Source: a virus
Taxonomy: Duplodnaviria; Heunggongvirae; Uroviricota; Caudoviricetes
Direction: 5' to 3' (one strand)
Virus record (IMG/VR): IMGVR_UViG_3300044638_009648
Length of the DNA stretch: 64,000 bases
The notes under the pieces were generated by a model that saw only the letters and a list, made by a program, of their open reading frames with translations, made no database searches and was not told the origin of the DNA. This document shows positions 20,047 to 29,530 of this stretch, piece after piece (position 1 is the stretch's first letter; each line of letters begins with the position of its first letter). A program made the translations under genes and the position numbers.

Positions 20047-20475
20047 ATGAATTTTTACACTGTTTTAGAACCTTTTATGGAATATTTTTTTTCCATAAGA
20101 AAATTAGAAAATTACTTATCATTTGATTTGGTTATCCCCAAAAGTTGGGGTATGCCTAAATCAGTTTCTCAAGATAATCAAATAGTTCCTTTTGAATCTT
20201 CAAGTTCTGAAAATATGAGGGGAATTAGTTTAGTTTGTGAAGCTACCCCTGAAGAAACTGATAAAGCGATTAAAGCTATTCTTAAAATTATTAGGGTGAA
20301 TAAGGAAAGAGAAGAAAAGGAAATTCTATTTAACGATGTTGTATTAACTCTGAAAAAAACATTTGAAAGTTCAGATTTAACACATCTAAAAAAACTCCAA
20401 TTTCACTTTGAAACTGACAAACCAAAAGAACTAGAAGAAGATGGACAAACAAAAACTATTGGATTGGCTGAATAA
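20047..20475 (+). CDS. Hypothetical protein
   Basis: Start moved to the internal ATG, downstream of a TATCTTTG motif at about 20003. Confidence 0.35.
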   Translation: MNFYTVLEPFMEYFFSIRKLENYLSFDLVIPKSWGMPKSVSQDNQIVPFESSSSENMRGISLVCEATPEETDKAIKAILKIIRVNKEREEKEILFNDVVLTLKKTFESSDLTHLKKLQFHFETDKPKELEEDGQTKTIGLAE

Positions 20476-20583
20476 TGAAAAGAAAAAAGATTCCGCCGAA
20501 ATTGAAAAACAAAAAAGAGATTTCGCAAATCAAATGCGAGCAATTAAAAAAGAAGATTTATTTAAACAAAGAAAAAAAACATT

Positions 20584-20838
20584 ATGGATGAGAATCAAAA
20601 ACCTGATTTGGGGCATTTAGAAAAGTTGGCAATCTTATCAGACAGTTTCCAAGATTTATTCCCTAATGGTAGTAGTTTAGTGGTATTCGAACTGTTTGAA
20701 GATGATTATCGAAAAATGCAGAAACACTTTAGAAGTGTTGACCACCATCATGAACAATTCACCGTGGAAATATCAGGGGTAGATTTTCACTTCATGTTAA
20801 AAAAAGAGGTGATTTCTACGGACGAGGAGAAGTCGTAA
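20584..20838 (+). CDS. Hypothetical protein
   Basis: 84-aa ORF. Confidence 0.3.
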   Translation: MDENQKPDLGHLEKLAILSDSFQDLFPNGSSLVVFELFEDDYRKMQKHFRSVDHHHEQFTVEISGVDFHFMLKKEVISTDEEKS

Positions 20839-21460
20839 ATCTTTGGTAAAGTGTTTTTTTATCAAGACCCAACTCAGAAAGTAAATTTAGTAAATATTTT
20901 TTTTGGGCTGTAGATTCATCTTTTATGAACATACAGTCCTTTCTTTTTATAATGTAAAAGTATTGGGATATTGAATCTATAAATCTTTTAGCTTCATCAA
21001 TATTTTTCACGGTAAACAAACTTAGATTTGCTTCAATTTGTACTATGATTTTATTATTGAGGGAAGAAATCATTTTTAACCCGTCTCCCTTCAAATAATT
21101 TTTTATGAAAAATTGTATATCAATTTTTTCATTTTTTTGGGTATCGAAAATTTTTTCAGGAACTTTATAATCCGTAATTTTCAAAAAATCGTAGGAGTCG
21201 TTTTCAAGAACTACTCTGATGTTTCTACCTAACTCATCTGTTTTATAAACATCAAAAAAATCTACAGATTTATTTTGTAGAAGAGCCAGCTCAAAGTTAC
21301 ATAATTTAGCGTTTTCAATTTTTTTATCAAAAATAATTTCTTTGGATTCATCAATCAACGTTTTATAGAATTTTTCAGCATTTTTCAAATTACTAAATTT
21401 CTTTATTATTTTTTGTCGGGTCTTATTTTTAAACAACACAACATAATATTTGGGTACCAT
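20816..21460 (-). CDS. Hypothetical protein (minus strand)
   Basis: 214-aa ORF convergent with upstream genes and divergent from dnaJ. Confidence 0.45.
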   Translation of the reverse strand: MVPKYYVVLFKNKTRQKIIKKFSNLKNAEKFYKTLIDESKEIIFDKKIENAKLCNFELALLQNKSVDFFDVYKTDELGRNIRVVLENDSYDFLKITDYKVPEKIFDTQKNEKIDIQFFIKNYLKGDGLKMISSLNNKIIVQIEANLSLFTVKNIDEAKRFIDSISQYFYIIKRKDCMFIKDESTAQKKYLLNLLSELGLDKKTLYQRFTTSPRP

Positions 21461-21464
21461 TTGA

Positions 21465-22388
21465 ATGAAAAATTATTTTGAAATATTAGGCGTCTCAGAA
21501 GATGCTAACGATGATGAGATTAAGAAACAATATAGATTATTATCAAAAAAATACCACCCTGACATAAATCCTGGCGGGGCAGATAAATTCAAAGAAATTG
21601 CCGAAGCTTACGATGTTTTATCTGACCCAGATAAAAAAATAAGATACCAACAACAAAAAAACAACCCTTTCAACGGTGGACCATTTGAAGAATTCTTCAA
21701 AAATGTTTACTCCAGTGGGCCTGAATTTCACCACAAAAGAAAAGTTGCTGATAAAATCATAAAACTACCAGTAAGTGTTTCAGAATCTTATAGAGGGATT
21801 TCTAAACAAATTAATTATCAAAGAAACATCGCCTGTACGGATTGCAATGGAAATGGCGGTGAAAACATACCATGTAGTCAATGTCAAGGTTCAGGATTCT
21901 TTTTTCAAATTTTGGGCTCAGGATTTTTCCAACAAAAGCTAAGAGTGGCGTGTCCATCTTGCCAGGGAAAGGGAAAAATCATAGTGTCTTATTGTGGCAC
22001 GTGTTCCGGAGTTGGTACAAAGTCAAATTTTGAAACTATAAATGTTAATCTACCCAAAGGTATTGATGACGGGCAATTTATGAAACTTGAAGGTAAAGGA
22101 GATTTTATCCAGGGAATGTACGGTGACCTAGTTTTACAAACCACAATGCAACAAGATGGTGAGTTCCAAAAAATGGGCGTTGATTTGATTTATAATTTAA
22201 TTTTAGACTTAGAAACTATTAAGGGTGAAATATTTCAAATCCCTCATCCTGATGGTGAATTGAAAATTGGTGCGCCGCAAATTATTGACACAAATAAACC
22301 GCTAAGATTAAAAAATAAAGGTTTCCCCGGGGGGGACATGTATGTCAAGATTAATGTCGTATATGATAAATCAAAACAGGTTGACTAA
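21465..22388 (+). CDS. dnaJ: DnaJ/Hsp40 co-chaperone (J domain, CR zinc finger and C-terminal domain)
   Basis: J domain with YHPDINP (HPD motif), followed by four CxxCxGxG zinc-finger repeats (CTDCNGNG, CSQCQGSG, CPSCQGKG, CGTCSGVG). Confidence 0.85.
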   Translation: MKNYFEILGVSEDANDDEIKKQYRLLSKKYHPDINPGGADKFKEIAEAYDVLSDPDKKIRYQQQKNNPFNGGPFEEFFKNVYSSGPEFHHKRKVADKIIKLPVSVSESYRGISKQINYQRNIACTDCNGNGGENIPCSQCQGSGFFFQILGSGFFQQKLRVACPSCQGKGKIIVSYCGTCSGVGTKSNFETINVNLPKGIDDGQFMKLEGKGDFIQGMYGDLVLQTTMQQDGEFQKMGVDLIYNLILDLETIKGEIFQIPHPDGELKIGAPQIIDTNKPLRLKNKGFPGGDMYVKINVVYDKSKQVD

Positions 22389-22464
22389 GTAATTAAACAA
22401 CTTATAGGTTGTGTAAATTACTGAAGCTAGACCATAGACACTAAAAATTAACATCCAACTCCAT

Positions 22465-22725
22465 GTGTTGGAAATATTTAAGATAGATTTGTTTTTACAA
22501 CTTGAGCATGCCATAATATTTATAAATATGAAAAGTTTAATTCGAAGATTTCTTTTAGAATATATTAAAGAACAATCTATGAATCAATCTTTTGAGGTTG
22601 ATGAAGAAAAAAAATTTGTTAAACCTAGAAAATGGTCTGCTTCTTATTGTAAGAAAACTTCTTGTGATAAAATGGGTTTTTCTCAAAAGGCATCTTGCAG
22701 ACCCTACAAAAACTGCTACAAATAA
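22465..22725 (+). CDS. Small hypothetical Cys-containing protein
   Basis: 86-aa ORF. Confidence 0.3.
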   Translation: MLEIFKIDLFLQLEHAIIFINMKSLIRRFLLEYIKEQSMNQSFEVDEEKKFVKPRKWSASYCKKTSCDKMGFSQKASCRPYKNCYK

Positions 22726-22780
22726 TTTCTAAGGATATTGCACATTTCATTTTGGTGACGTAAGTTTGCACCACTTATAA

Positions 22781-24202
22781 ATGATTTCGATGGTAACCAT
22801 GACAAAATCAAAAAATGCGCTCTCTCGTTTTGAGTTCTTGTTCAACAAGTATGTCAACCTTGAGAAATGGATGAGTTCTGAATATGAACTAAACTTTTTC
22901 CCTTATTATAATAGCGTGTTTGAAACAATCACATCCAAAGTGAATGTTGCAGATTTTTTTACCATCATTTTGTTTGACCCTACAACCCGTTTAAATGGTA
23001 TTACAGAACTTTACATCCAAAAGATGCTCGAAAATAAGACTCTTAATTTATCAGACTTGTGTGGTAAAATAAAAGTTGGTGAATATTCCGAGTGGTTAAT
23101 CAAACAGTTTTTGAATGTAGTATCCAACCAATCTAATGATAGTTCCGGTCAAGCTCGTGAAACTCTTTTACTGCGTGTTCGTTTTATTGAAGACCTCTAT
23201 AAGGTGCAAGAAAACCTTACGAAGTTTCATAGGTTCAAAAACCGTCTTATTGAAGATAATAGAGACATTAATAAACTTACGATTGGGGATTTGGAGTTTC
23301 TGATGTCGGAGTATTCTCTGGAAAAAACTAAGGCTACGGCAGAGGAGAAAGAGTCGGCAAAGAGTTCGTATTCATATCCTGGTTCGGAAATCGTTTTCAA
23401 AGGACTTAAATGGACAGTTGTCAAAATTAGTCAATTGAACGACTTGGCCAAAGATGCTGCATGTTTCTTTGGGGGTTATGATTTGAAACCAACAATGGGT
23501 GAAACAGCCTGGTGCACAGCCTCTCCTGGAACTTACAACCGTTACAACTATCATGCAGAAAAAGGTCCTTTGTATGTAGTGCTCCCTAATGAATGTGATA
23601 CGTTTGGAAAAAAAACAGGACTACCGTCAGTTAGGTATCAATTTCACTTCTCCACAAATCAATTCATGGACAAACACGACAAGAAAATTATTTTGACGGA
23701 TTATCTCAATGGTCCTATGTTGGAGCTTAAAGAATTTTTCAAACCTGAATTCGCTGCTGGATTGATAGGTAATGGTGGTGAAGAACTTTTGATTGATGAT
23801 TTTGAAAACGGTTCGGTTGGTAAGTACATTAAGTTGTATGGTCTTGATGATTTGTTTGATATTATTCCAGATACCTTGACCAAGATACATGTTAAAAATA
23901 GCAAAGCTGGTGTATCTCTGATTTTACCGGCCTCAATCACCCGGTTTAAAAATCTAACATCAATTTACTTCAAGAACTGTCTGTCAGAAATCCCTGAAGA
24001 AATCTGTTCACTTGAAAATCTTGTTTTTATAGCATTAGAGGGTAATCAAAATCTCAAGCAACTACCTGAAAAAATTATCGACTTACCAAAACTCTTATTC
24101 TTAAATCTAAAGGGTTGCTCTAATCTCACTCTCTCCGATTACTTTAAATCTAATAGTTTTGAGTTTGGTCCTGGTCTATGGAAAGGAAAAGCTATGATAT
24201 GA
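22781..24202 (+). CDS. Paralog family member 2: N-terminal WCTAS-motif domain fused to C-terminal leucine-rich repeats
   Basis: ETAWCTASPGTYNRYNYHAEKGPLYVVL core. C-terminal LRRs: LTSIYFKNCLSEIPEEICSLENLVFIALEGNQNLKQLPEKIIDLPKLLFLNLKGC. Confidence 0.55.
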   Translation: MISMVTMTKSKNALSRFEFLFNKYVNLEKWMSSEYELNFFPYYNSVFETITSKVNVADFFTIILFDPTTRLNGITELYIQKMLENKTLNLSDLCGKIKVGEYSEWLIKQFLNVVSNQSNDSSGQARETLLLRVRFIEDLYKVQENLTKFHRFKNRLIEDNRDINKLTIGDLEFLMSEYSLEKTKATAEEKESAKSSYSYPGSEIVFKGLKWTVVKISQLNDLAKDAACFFGGYDLKPTMGETAWCTASPGTYNRYNYHAEKGPLYVVLPNECDTFGKKTGLPSVRYQFHFSTNQFMDKHDKKIILTDYLNGPMLELKEFFKPEFAAGLIGNGGEELLIDDFENGSVGKYIKLYGLDDLFDIIPDTLTKIHVKNSKAGVSLILPASITRFKNLTSIYFKNCLSEIPEEICSLENLVFIALEGNQNLKQLPEKIIDLPKLLFLNLKGCSNLTLSDYFKSNSFEFGPGLWKGKAMI

Positions 24203-24236
24203 GTGTAATATAAGCTACAACAACATATTTATTATT

Positions 24237-26096
24237 ATGAAATTACTTAATATCTTAAATGGTACTCTTATAGTAGAGGTTTCTGAGAGCCTTAAGAAAA
24301 AGCTTTTGGATAAATTTAAACTTGAAACTCAAGACACTGAGAAAGATATTCTCGAATATATTGAGAGCTTCGAAAAATACCAACGGTCGCTTCCAGCTGA
24401 CCAGCGAGACATCACGCGTTACGATTTCAAAACTCTGAAGTCCTTAATTGACTCGATAGAAAATGGTAAAACTCGTAAAGCTGATGTGAATTCTGCGATT
24501 ACTAGTATAATCAAAAAAACACAGGAAAAAAAAGAAGTTTTTTCGTTACCAGAGTTACAGTTAGCGGTAAAAAAGTTTTTTGAAATTCAATCTGAAATAA
24601 AAGATGCTAACAAAGATATTAATAAGTTCAGTTATTTAAAACTCATACAATTTCTGGAAAAAAATTACGAGGACTTATTAACTCAGAAATTATTAAACAA
24701 ATTCAAACCGGAAAACCAAATTCTCACAAACGAGCAAATTTTATCTTATATTTCAGAATATATTGAAAATTTTAATGATATACCCTTTGATACGCCAGGT
24801 GCTGATTTAATGTCCTTTACCCAATTTGAACATTTAATTGATGCGATGATTGCAAAAAGAGGTCTTGGAAAAAAAACCAAAACTGAATTAAAAGATATTC
24901 CTCCTATCTATGATGATGGCGAAGACTTCAAAATTTATGCACCAACAGGAAAGGAACACTGTATCAAACTAGCCCATGGGCGTACTTGGTGTATTGGCTG
25001 GCTTGGTGGTCGAAACTTGTATTACAATTATCGAATAGGGAATGAAAGAACCATTTATTATGTTATAGACGAATCTTTAGACTACGAAGACCGTTATTTC
25101 GCAAATGTGATTTTGGTTGACCCAAGGGGTGGTACTTCTTTTGCTGACAAGACCAATTCTAGACCATTTGATGGCAGTGTGAATTTGCCTTGGGACGAAA
25201 TCTCTGGTTTCATTCCAAAGTTAAAAAATCTAAAAAATTTATTCGTTTCTAGACCCCTTAGCGAGGATGAAATCGAAATGCGGGACAGATATCAAAACAT
25301 AGAGTATGATAGACGTGGCAATAGAAGATTACCCAATAATCAAACCCCGATGGAATATTTTGATTCTCCAGAAAAGATTGCACAATGGATGGAAATTAAA
25401 GGGCCTGAGTTATTTGATGAAGATTACGCTAGTTTACCCCAAGAATTGAAAAAGAAGTACGTTGCTCTTGGATTTGATTTAACACCCGGTCAAATTGCTA
25501 CCTCTGAAGCTTCTGTTTTGAATTATTACGCTAAGAGAAAAATTGAGAATATTAAACAGAGCACTTTAAATAAGCTTGATGATGGTGATATTGCTTTATT
25601 AAATTCCCCAATTTTTAAGCAATTGAAACAGGAGTTGAAACCTCGTTTCAGTCAAGGTCTTTCAAGAAACTCAGACCCATCTGAATTTGAAGTACTTGGT
25701 TTTAGTAGAAACAGTGAAGTGGGTAAGTTTTTAAAGTTGTACAGTTTGGAAGACTTTATTGAATTCATCAATCCCAATGTAGAATCTATAACAATTCAAG
25801 GTGACGATTCTAATGTTAAAATCAAAATACCTAGAGCTATAGTTGAATTTAAAAATTTGGGAAGTTTAGTTTTGTCGAATGGTGTTATCGATGAAATACC
25901 GGACTACATTTGTGAACTCAAAAATTTGAAATTCTTAGGTTTACAGAATAATCCCGGAATCACTAGATTACCTGATTGTGTTGCAGATTTACCTTTACTT
26001 GAAATTCTAAATTTGCAAGGTTCGGATAATGTTGTTATTCCTGAATCAGTTAAAAATAGATTCTCAGAGGACTTAGGTCCTGGCATTTGGACGTAA
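24237..26096 (+). CDS. Paralog family member 3: WC-motif domain fused to C-terminal leucine-rich repeats
   Basis: HGRTWCIGWLGGRNLYYNYRIGNERTIYYVID core. LRRs: LGSLVLSNGVIDEIPDYICELKNLKFLGLQNNPGITRLPDCVADLPLLEILNLQG. Confidence 0.55.
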   Translation: MKLLNILNGTLIVEVSESLKKKLLDKFKLETQDTEKDILEYIESFEKYQRSLPADQRDITRYDFKTLKSLIDSIENGKTRKADVNSAITSIIKKTQEKKEVFSLPELQLAVKKFFEIQSEIKDANKDINKFSYLKLIQFLEKNYEDLLTQKLLNKFKPENQILTNEQILSYISEYIENFNDIPFDTPGADLMSFTQFEHLIDAMIAKRGLGKKTKTELKDIPPIYDDGEDFKIYAPTGKEHCIKLAHGRTWCIGWLGGRNLYYNYRIGNERTIYYVIDESLDYEDRYFANVILVDPRGGTSFADKTNSRPFDGSVNLPWDEISGFIPKLKNLKNLFVSRPLSEDEIEMRDRYQNIEYDRRGNRRLPNNQTPMEYFDSPEKIAQWMEIKGPELFDEDYASLPQELKKKYVALGFDLTPGQIATSEASVLNYYAKRKIENIKQSTLNKLDDGDIALLNSPIFKQLKQELKPRFSQGLSRNSDPSEFEVLGFSRNSEVGKFLKLYSLEDFIEFINPNVESITIQGDDSNVKIKIPRAIVEFKNLGSLVLSNGVIDEIPDYICELKNLKFLGLQNNPGITRLPDCVADLPLLEILNLQGSDNVVIPESVKNRFSEDLGPGIWT

Positions 26097-26133
26097 AATT
26101 TCAATTTGAGCTTTATGTGCTCTTAGTTTATCG

Positions 26134-26148
26134 TATCTTTGTTTCATG
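26134..26148 (+). promoter_or_regulatory. TATCTTTG-N4-ATG promoter/start arrangement
   Basis: Motif at 26134-26141, ATG at 26146. Confidence 0.45.
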
Positions 26149-26418
26149 GAAGTTGATGTGAAAATTTACGTATCAAATTTGAAAAAATTTTTTAGTGAAA
26201 ATCCTAAGGACTTAACTAATCTGATTCCGATTAGCATGTCTGATGAGTTTTTCAATCAGATTGAACAAATTGCTTATTCAAATCACGAAGAAGGTAAAGA
26301 AATTGGTTTGACACGCCAACAATTAATAGACCTCTGTGTAAAGCTTAACGGTAACCCCCCAAAAAAAGGGGATGAAGTTTTTGTAGAGCTACCCTACGGA
26401 AAATTTTTTCTTAATTGA
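26146..26418 (+). CDS. Hypothetical protein
   Basis: ATG 4 nt after a TATCTTTG motif. Confidence 0.4.
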   Translation: MEVDVKIYVSNLKKFFSENPKDLTNLIPISMSDEFFNQIEQIAYSNHEEGKEIGLTRQQLIDLCVKLNGNPPKKGDEVFVELPYGKFFLN

Positions 26419-26484
26419 AAAAAAAAGTTTGCAGGAATAAAAATTTGTTTTATCTTTGAAGTGTAATTCAAAAACAAAAACAAA

Positions 26485-27240
26485 ATGAACTCACTCTCTC
26501 TCCAAAACCTCGGCAGCAAAGTGCCCTCACTTTTTGCCAACACAGCATCACCCAAAGTATCTGACAAATATGCTTTTGTTCCGACTTTGGAAATTATCGA
26601 GAAGTTTGAACAAGATGGTTGGAAGATTGCCAGCGCTATCCAAAAGGGAAAATCGCAATTCCATGCTCACGAAATTCGTTTAAGCAACGGTCAACTACCT
26701 GCAGTTGGTGATTCATTGATTCAGGCTGTAATCCAGAACTCCCACGACGGCACCAAGCCTTTGCACATTCAAGCTGGACTGTTCCGCCTCGTATGTTCAA
26801 ACGGTCTTACGATACCTACTGCGGCTGCTGTAGATTTTAAACTCCGCCACAAAGGGTTGGAAATGGGAGATATTCGTCGCATCACTGATGAATTTGCTAA
26901 AACCATCCCACAACTTCAGACTAAGGTTGAGATATTCGAAACAAAGGTTATGACTGAACAGGAGAGCGTAGATTTTGTTAACAAGGCTATGATGCTTCGT
27001 TGGAACCAGGGTTCGCTTCCTAAAATCGATGTTGAGTCTTGGTTGGAACCTTTGCGTAAAGAAGACCAGGACCCTACCATGTGGAAGGTGTTTAACCGGG
27101 TCCAGGAGAAGTTTGTTCGTGGTGGAGAGCAGGTTCAAAACCAGAAGGGTCGTTTTATCAAGATGCGTGAACTTAAGAACTTCGATGTTGTAAACCGTAT
27201 TAATACCGACCTTTGGGAGCTTGCTGAATCTTACTGCTAA
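26485..27240 (+). CDS. DUF932-like phage/plasmid protein (putative)
   Basis: NSHDGTKP ... RLVCSNGLT resembles the NSxDGS / VCxNG pattern I associate with DUF932. It is followed by an intrinsic terminator. Confidence 0.45.
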   Translation: MNSLSLQNLGSKVPSLFANTASPKVSDKYAFVPTLEIIEKFEQDGWKIASAIQKGKSQFHAHEIRLSNGQLPAVGDSLIQAVIQNSHDGTKPLHIQAGLFRLVCSNGLTIPTAAAVDFKLRHKGLEMGDIRRITDEFAKTIPQLQTKVEIFETKVMTEQESVDFVNKAMMLRWNQGSLPKIDVESWLEPLRKEDQDPTMWKVFNRVQEKFVRGGEQVQNQKGRFIKMRELKNFDVVNRINTDLWELAESYC

Positions 27241-27260
27241 TAATAAACTTAATAAAACAC

Positions 27261-27287
27261 GGGGGATGGGAAACCATCCCCTTTTTT
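27261..27287 (+). terminator. Intrinsic terminator
   Basis: GGGGGATGG-gaaa-CCATCCCC followed by TTTTTT. Confidence 0.75.
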
Positions 27288-28914
27288 GACTATGGAAAAA
27301 AAAGAAATTTACAAAATAGTAAACGAGCGTTACGAGGTTATTTTGCACCAAGATAATTCAGAAATTAATTTACCGAACTACATCGACTATAAATCAAAAA
27401 TAAAAAAAACGGGATTAGCATGGTACCAAAAAGAAAAGTTTATTAATTCTCAAGAAAAGTTTGTAGAACATTTTGCTAATAAATTAGCTTCTGTTCATTC
27501 TAATATTAGCACAGCTGTAATTGAAAAAACTGGTGATAAAGTTTCATTAAAATTTTTTCATAACGAAAAGTACAGGATTGTTGGGAATCACTGGTTTCAA
27601 AAAAATCGGTCTATGATGTTTATCACTCTTAATATAAAGACTGGTATTTTATATTCTGGTTCAATTTTTGGCTTACATAATAAAAAACGCAAAAAGAAAA
27701 TTCATACCAATAAATTTTGGGGTTCCCTTGAGAATATTTTTGAAACTGTGGCACTTGAAATGGCTGACAAGTCCAATTTTCAAAACCGTAAAATTTTTTT
27801 AGATAACCTAATAAAATTGTTCTTCGAACAGATTCCTGATTGGCCATGTAATCAAAGCTCTCCAGAAAATTTTACAATACATCAATTAAAGGGTATGAAT
27901 TTTTACCGGTACTTTCTTTCAAAAAAGGGAGTCAAAATACCTGATAACTTTAATACTTTTGATGGTTATGATTTTTATGTGCCAAGCAAATACTTTAAAA
28001 AAACCGACAACAAATATATTGATGCTCTGCTCTTATTTAGAAATCTCACTGGAGATAAGTTTCGTAAAGCATTTCATGAACTAGGTACCCATCGTCCAAC
28101 CCTGTATGCATTGAAGTTTGTTGTTGATTTGGTTGGTAAGACTAGGATTGAACAAAACTATGAATACCTTAAAAAATACCTTAAGTATAAACACGACGTG
28201 CATCCCATTGAAGACACTTCTTTTCTTACTGATACAGAGCGCAAAAACATATGGTTGATATTAACCAAAACTACCCATGAACTTGCAACTATCAGAGACC
28301 ACGTCAAGTTTCTGGCTTTTTTAAGGGAAAAAGGGCTAAACTTCAAATGGAAGGCCAAAAATGAAACTGAGTTTGCCATAGAACATAAATTGTTATCTGA
28401 CAATTATGCTAAGATTCTATACGGGGTCACACATCGTGTCTACCCTGAGAAATACCATGAATGGTTCAAGGAGCCAGTAGAAGTGGGGGGTAAAAAATAT
28501 GTGGTTCAAATTCTTGATAAGCATGATGAGTTTTATCATGAAAGTGATTTCCAGCAAAACTGCGTGAAGACTTATATTAGTAATCCTGGTAGTTTTATCA
28601 TTTCAATTCGTTATGATAAAGAACGAGCAACGGTTGAATATAACATTAGTCAATCAGAAACTCTTTGGCACATCGATAGAATTCAAGCATTGGGTAGGTT
28701 TAATAAAATTCTTTCCAATAGTTGGGATGTTGTCTTAGAAGCCGTAGACAAAATGGTTGTTGAAATGATTGGTGAGTATGGGTACAATATGACCCTTAAC
28801 ATAGAGAAATTTGGTAATACTCGAGAATTCGAATTAACTTTTAATACCTCCGGTAGACCAATTTGGGATAATCCTCTTGAATTGGTTGAAATTGATGATT
28901 ATTTTCCTTTTTAG
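27286..28914 (+). CDS. Large hypothetical protein (542 aa); possible distant member of the WC-motif family
   Basis: QQNCVKTYISNPGSFIISIRYDKERATVEY loosely echoes the C-x-x-x-Y...G-x-x-[YF]-[VIL]-[VIL] pattern of the paralogs. Confidence 0.45.
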   Translation: MTMEKKEIYKIVNERYEVILHQDNSEINLPNYIDYKSKIKKTGLAWYQKEKFINSQEKFVEHFANKLASVHSNISTAVIEKTGDKVSLKFFHNEKYRIVGNHWFQKNRSMMFITLNIKTGILYSGSIFGLHNKKRKKKIHTNKFWGSLENIFETVALEMADKSNFQNRKIFLDNLIKLFFEQIPDWPCNQSSPENFTIHQLKGMNFYRYFLSKKGVKIPDNFNTFDGYDFYVPSKYFKKTDNKYIDALLLFRNLTGDKFRKAFHELGTHRPTLYALKFVVDLVGKTRIEQNYEYLKKYLKYKHDVHPIEDTSFLTDTERKNIWLILTKTTHELATIRDHVKFLAFLREKGLNFKWKAKNETEFAIEHKLLSDNYAKILYGVTHRVYPEKYHEWFKEPVEVGGKKYVVQILDKHDEFYHESDFQQNCVKTYISNPGSFIISIRYDKERATVEYNISQSETLWHIDRIQALGRFNKILSNSWDVVLEAVDKMVVEMIGEYGYNMTLNIEKFGNTREFELTFNTSGRPIWDNPLELVEIDDYFPF

Positions 28915-28917
28915 AAT

Positions 28918-29247
28918 ATGTTTATTAAACCTCACCCCTACATAAAAAAAGTTGAAAGCAACTTAGATTTTATGTTCTCACTTTTCAGAGTGACCAATGT
29001 AAAAATTGAAAATACCCCAAGCTCAAAACACGAAATAGTTTATATTAATTCTGCTTATCCAGCCAAAGATTATAACGAAATTATTTACAAAACAGAGGGT
29101 GGAATCTATTTATTGTATAAGACAACAGGAAGTCCTGGCTATTATTCTCTGGAATGTTATTTTCCTGCTGATAAACATAACCAGGTTAAAATATTCCTTA
29201 ATTCAATTATTAAAAAAAATGACACAGTTAACAGCACAAGAAGTTAA
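28918..29247 (+). CDS. Hypothetical protein
   Basis: 109-aa ORF whose 3' end overlaps the thioredoxin start. Confidence 0.3.
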   Translation: MFIKPHPYIKKVESNLDFMFSLFRVTNVKIENTPSSKHEIVYINSAYPAKDYNEIIYKTEGGIYLLYKTTGSPGYYSLECYFPADKHNQVKIFLNSIIKKNDTVNSTRS

Positions 29248-29530
29248 AGAAAAAATTGAAAATAAAGAATCTTTCGTTTTGGATTTGTTTGCCACATGGT
29301 GTGGTCCATGTAAAGTATTGATGGGAAATCTTAACGCATTGGAAAAAAATAATAATGACCTTTCAATGCCAATTTATTCCTTAGATATTGATACTGATAG
29401 AGATTTTGTAATGGAGCTTGGTATTCGCTCTGTGCCTACACTTAAGATGTATAAGGGGGGGGAAGAAGTTTTCTCGAACGTTGGTGTTTTGAGTCAATCG
29501 CAACTCCTTGAAGTAATGGGTAGGTATTAA
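29219..29530 (+). CDS. trxA: Thioredoxin
   Basis: WCGPC active site (FATWCGPCKVL) and thioredoxin length. Start placed at the internal ATG (MTQLTAQEV). Confidence 0.8.
   Translation: MTQLTAQEVKEKIENKESFVLDLFATWCGPCKVLMGNLNALEKNNNDLSMPIYSLDIDTDRDFVMELGIRSVPTLKMYKGGEEVFSNVGVLSQSQLLEVMGRY

Noticed and set aside
26797-27351. Minus-strand 184-aa ORF overlapping the DUF932-like gene and its terminator
   Set aside because: It is antisense to a gene with recognisable motifs and runs through a plus-strand intrinsic terminator. It is probably spurious.
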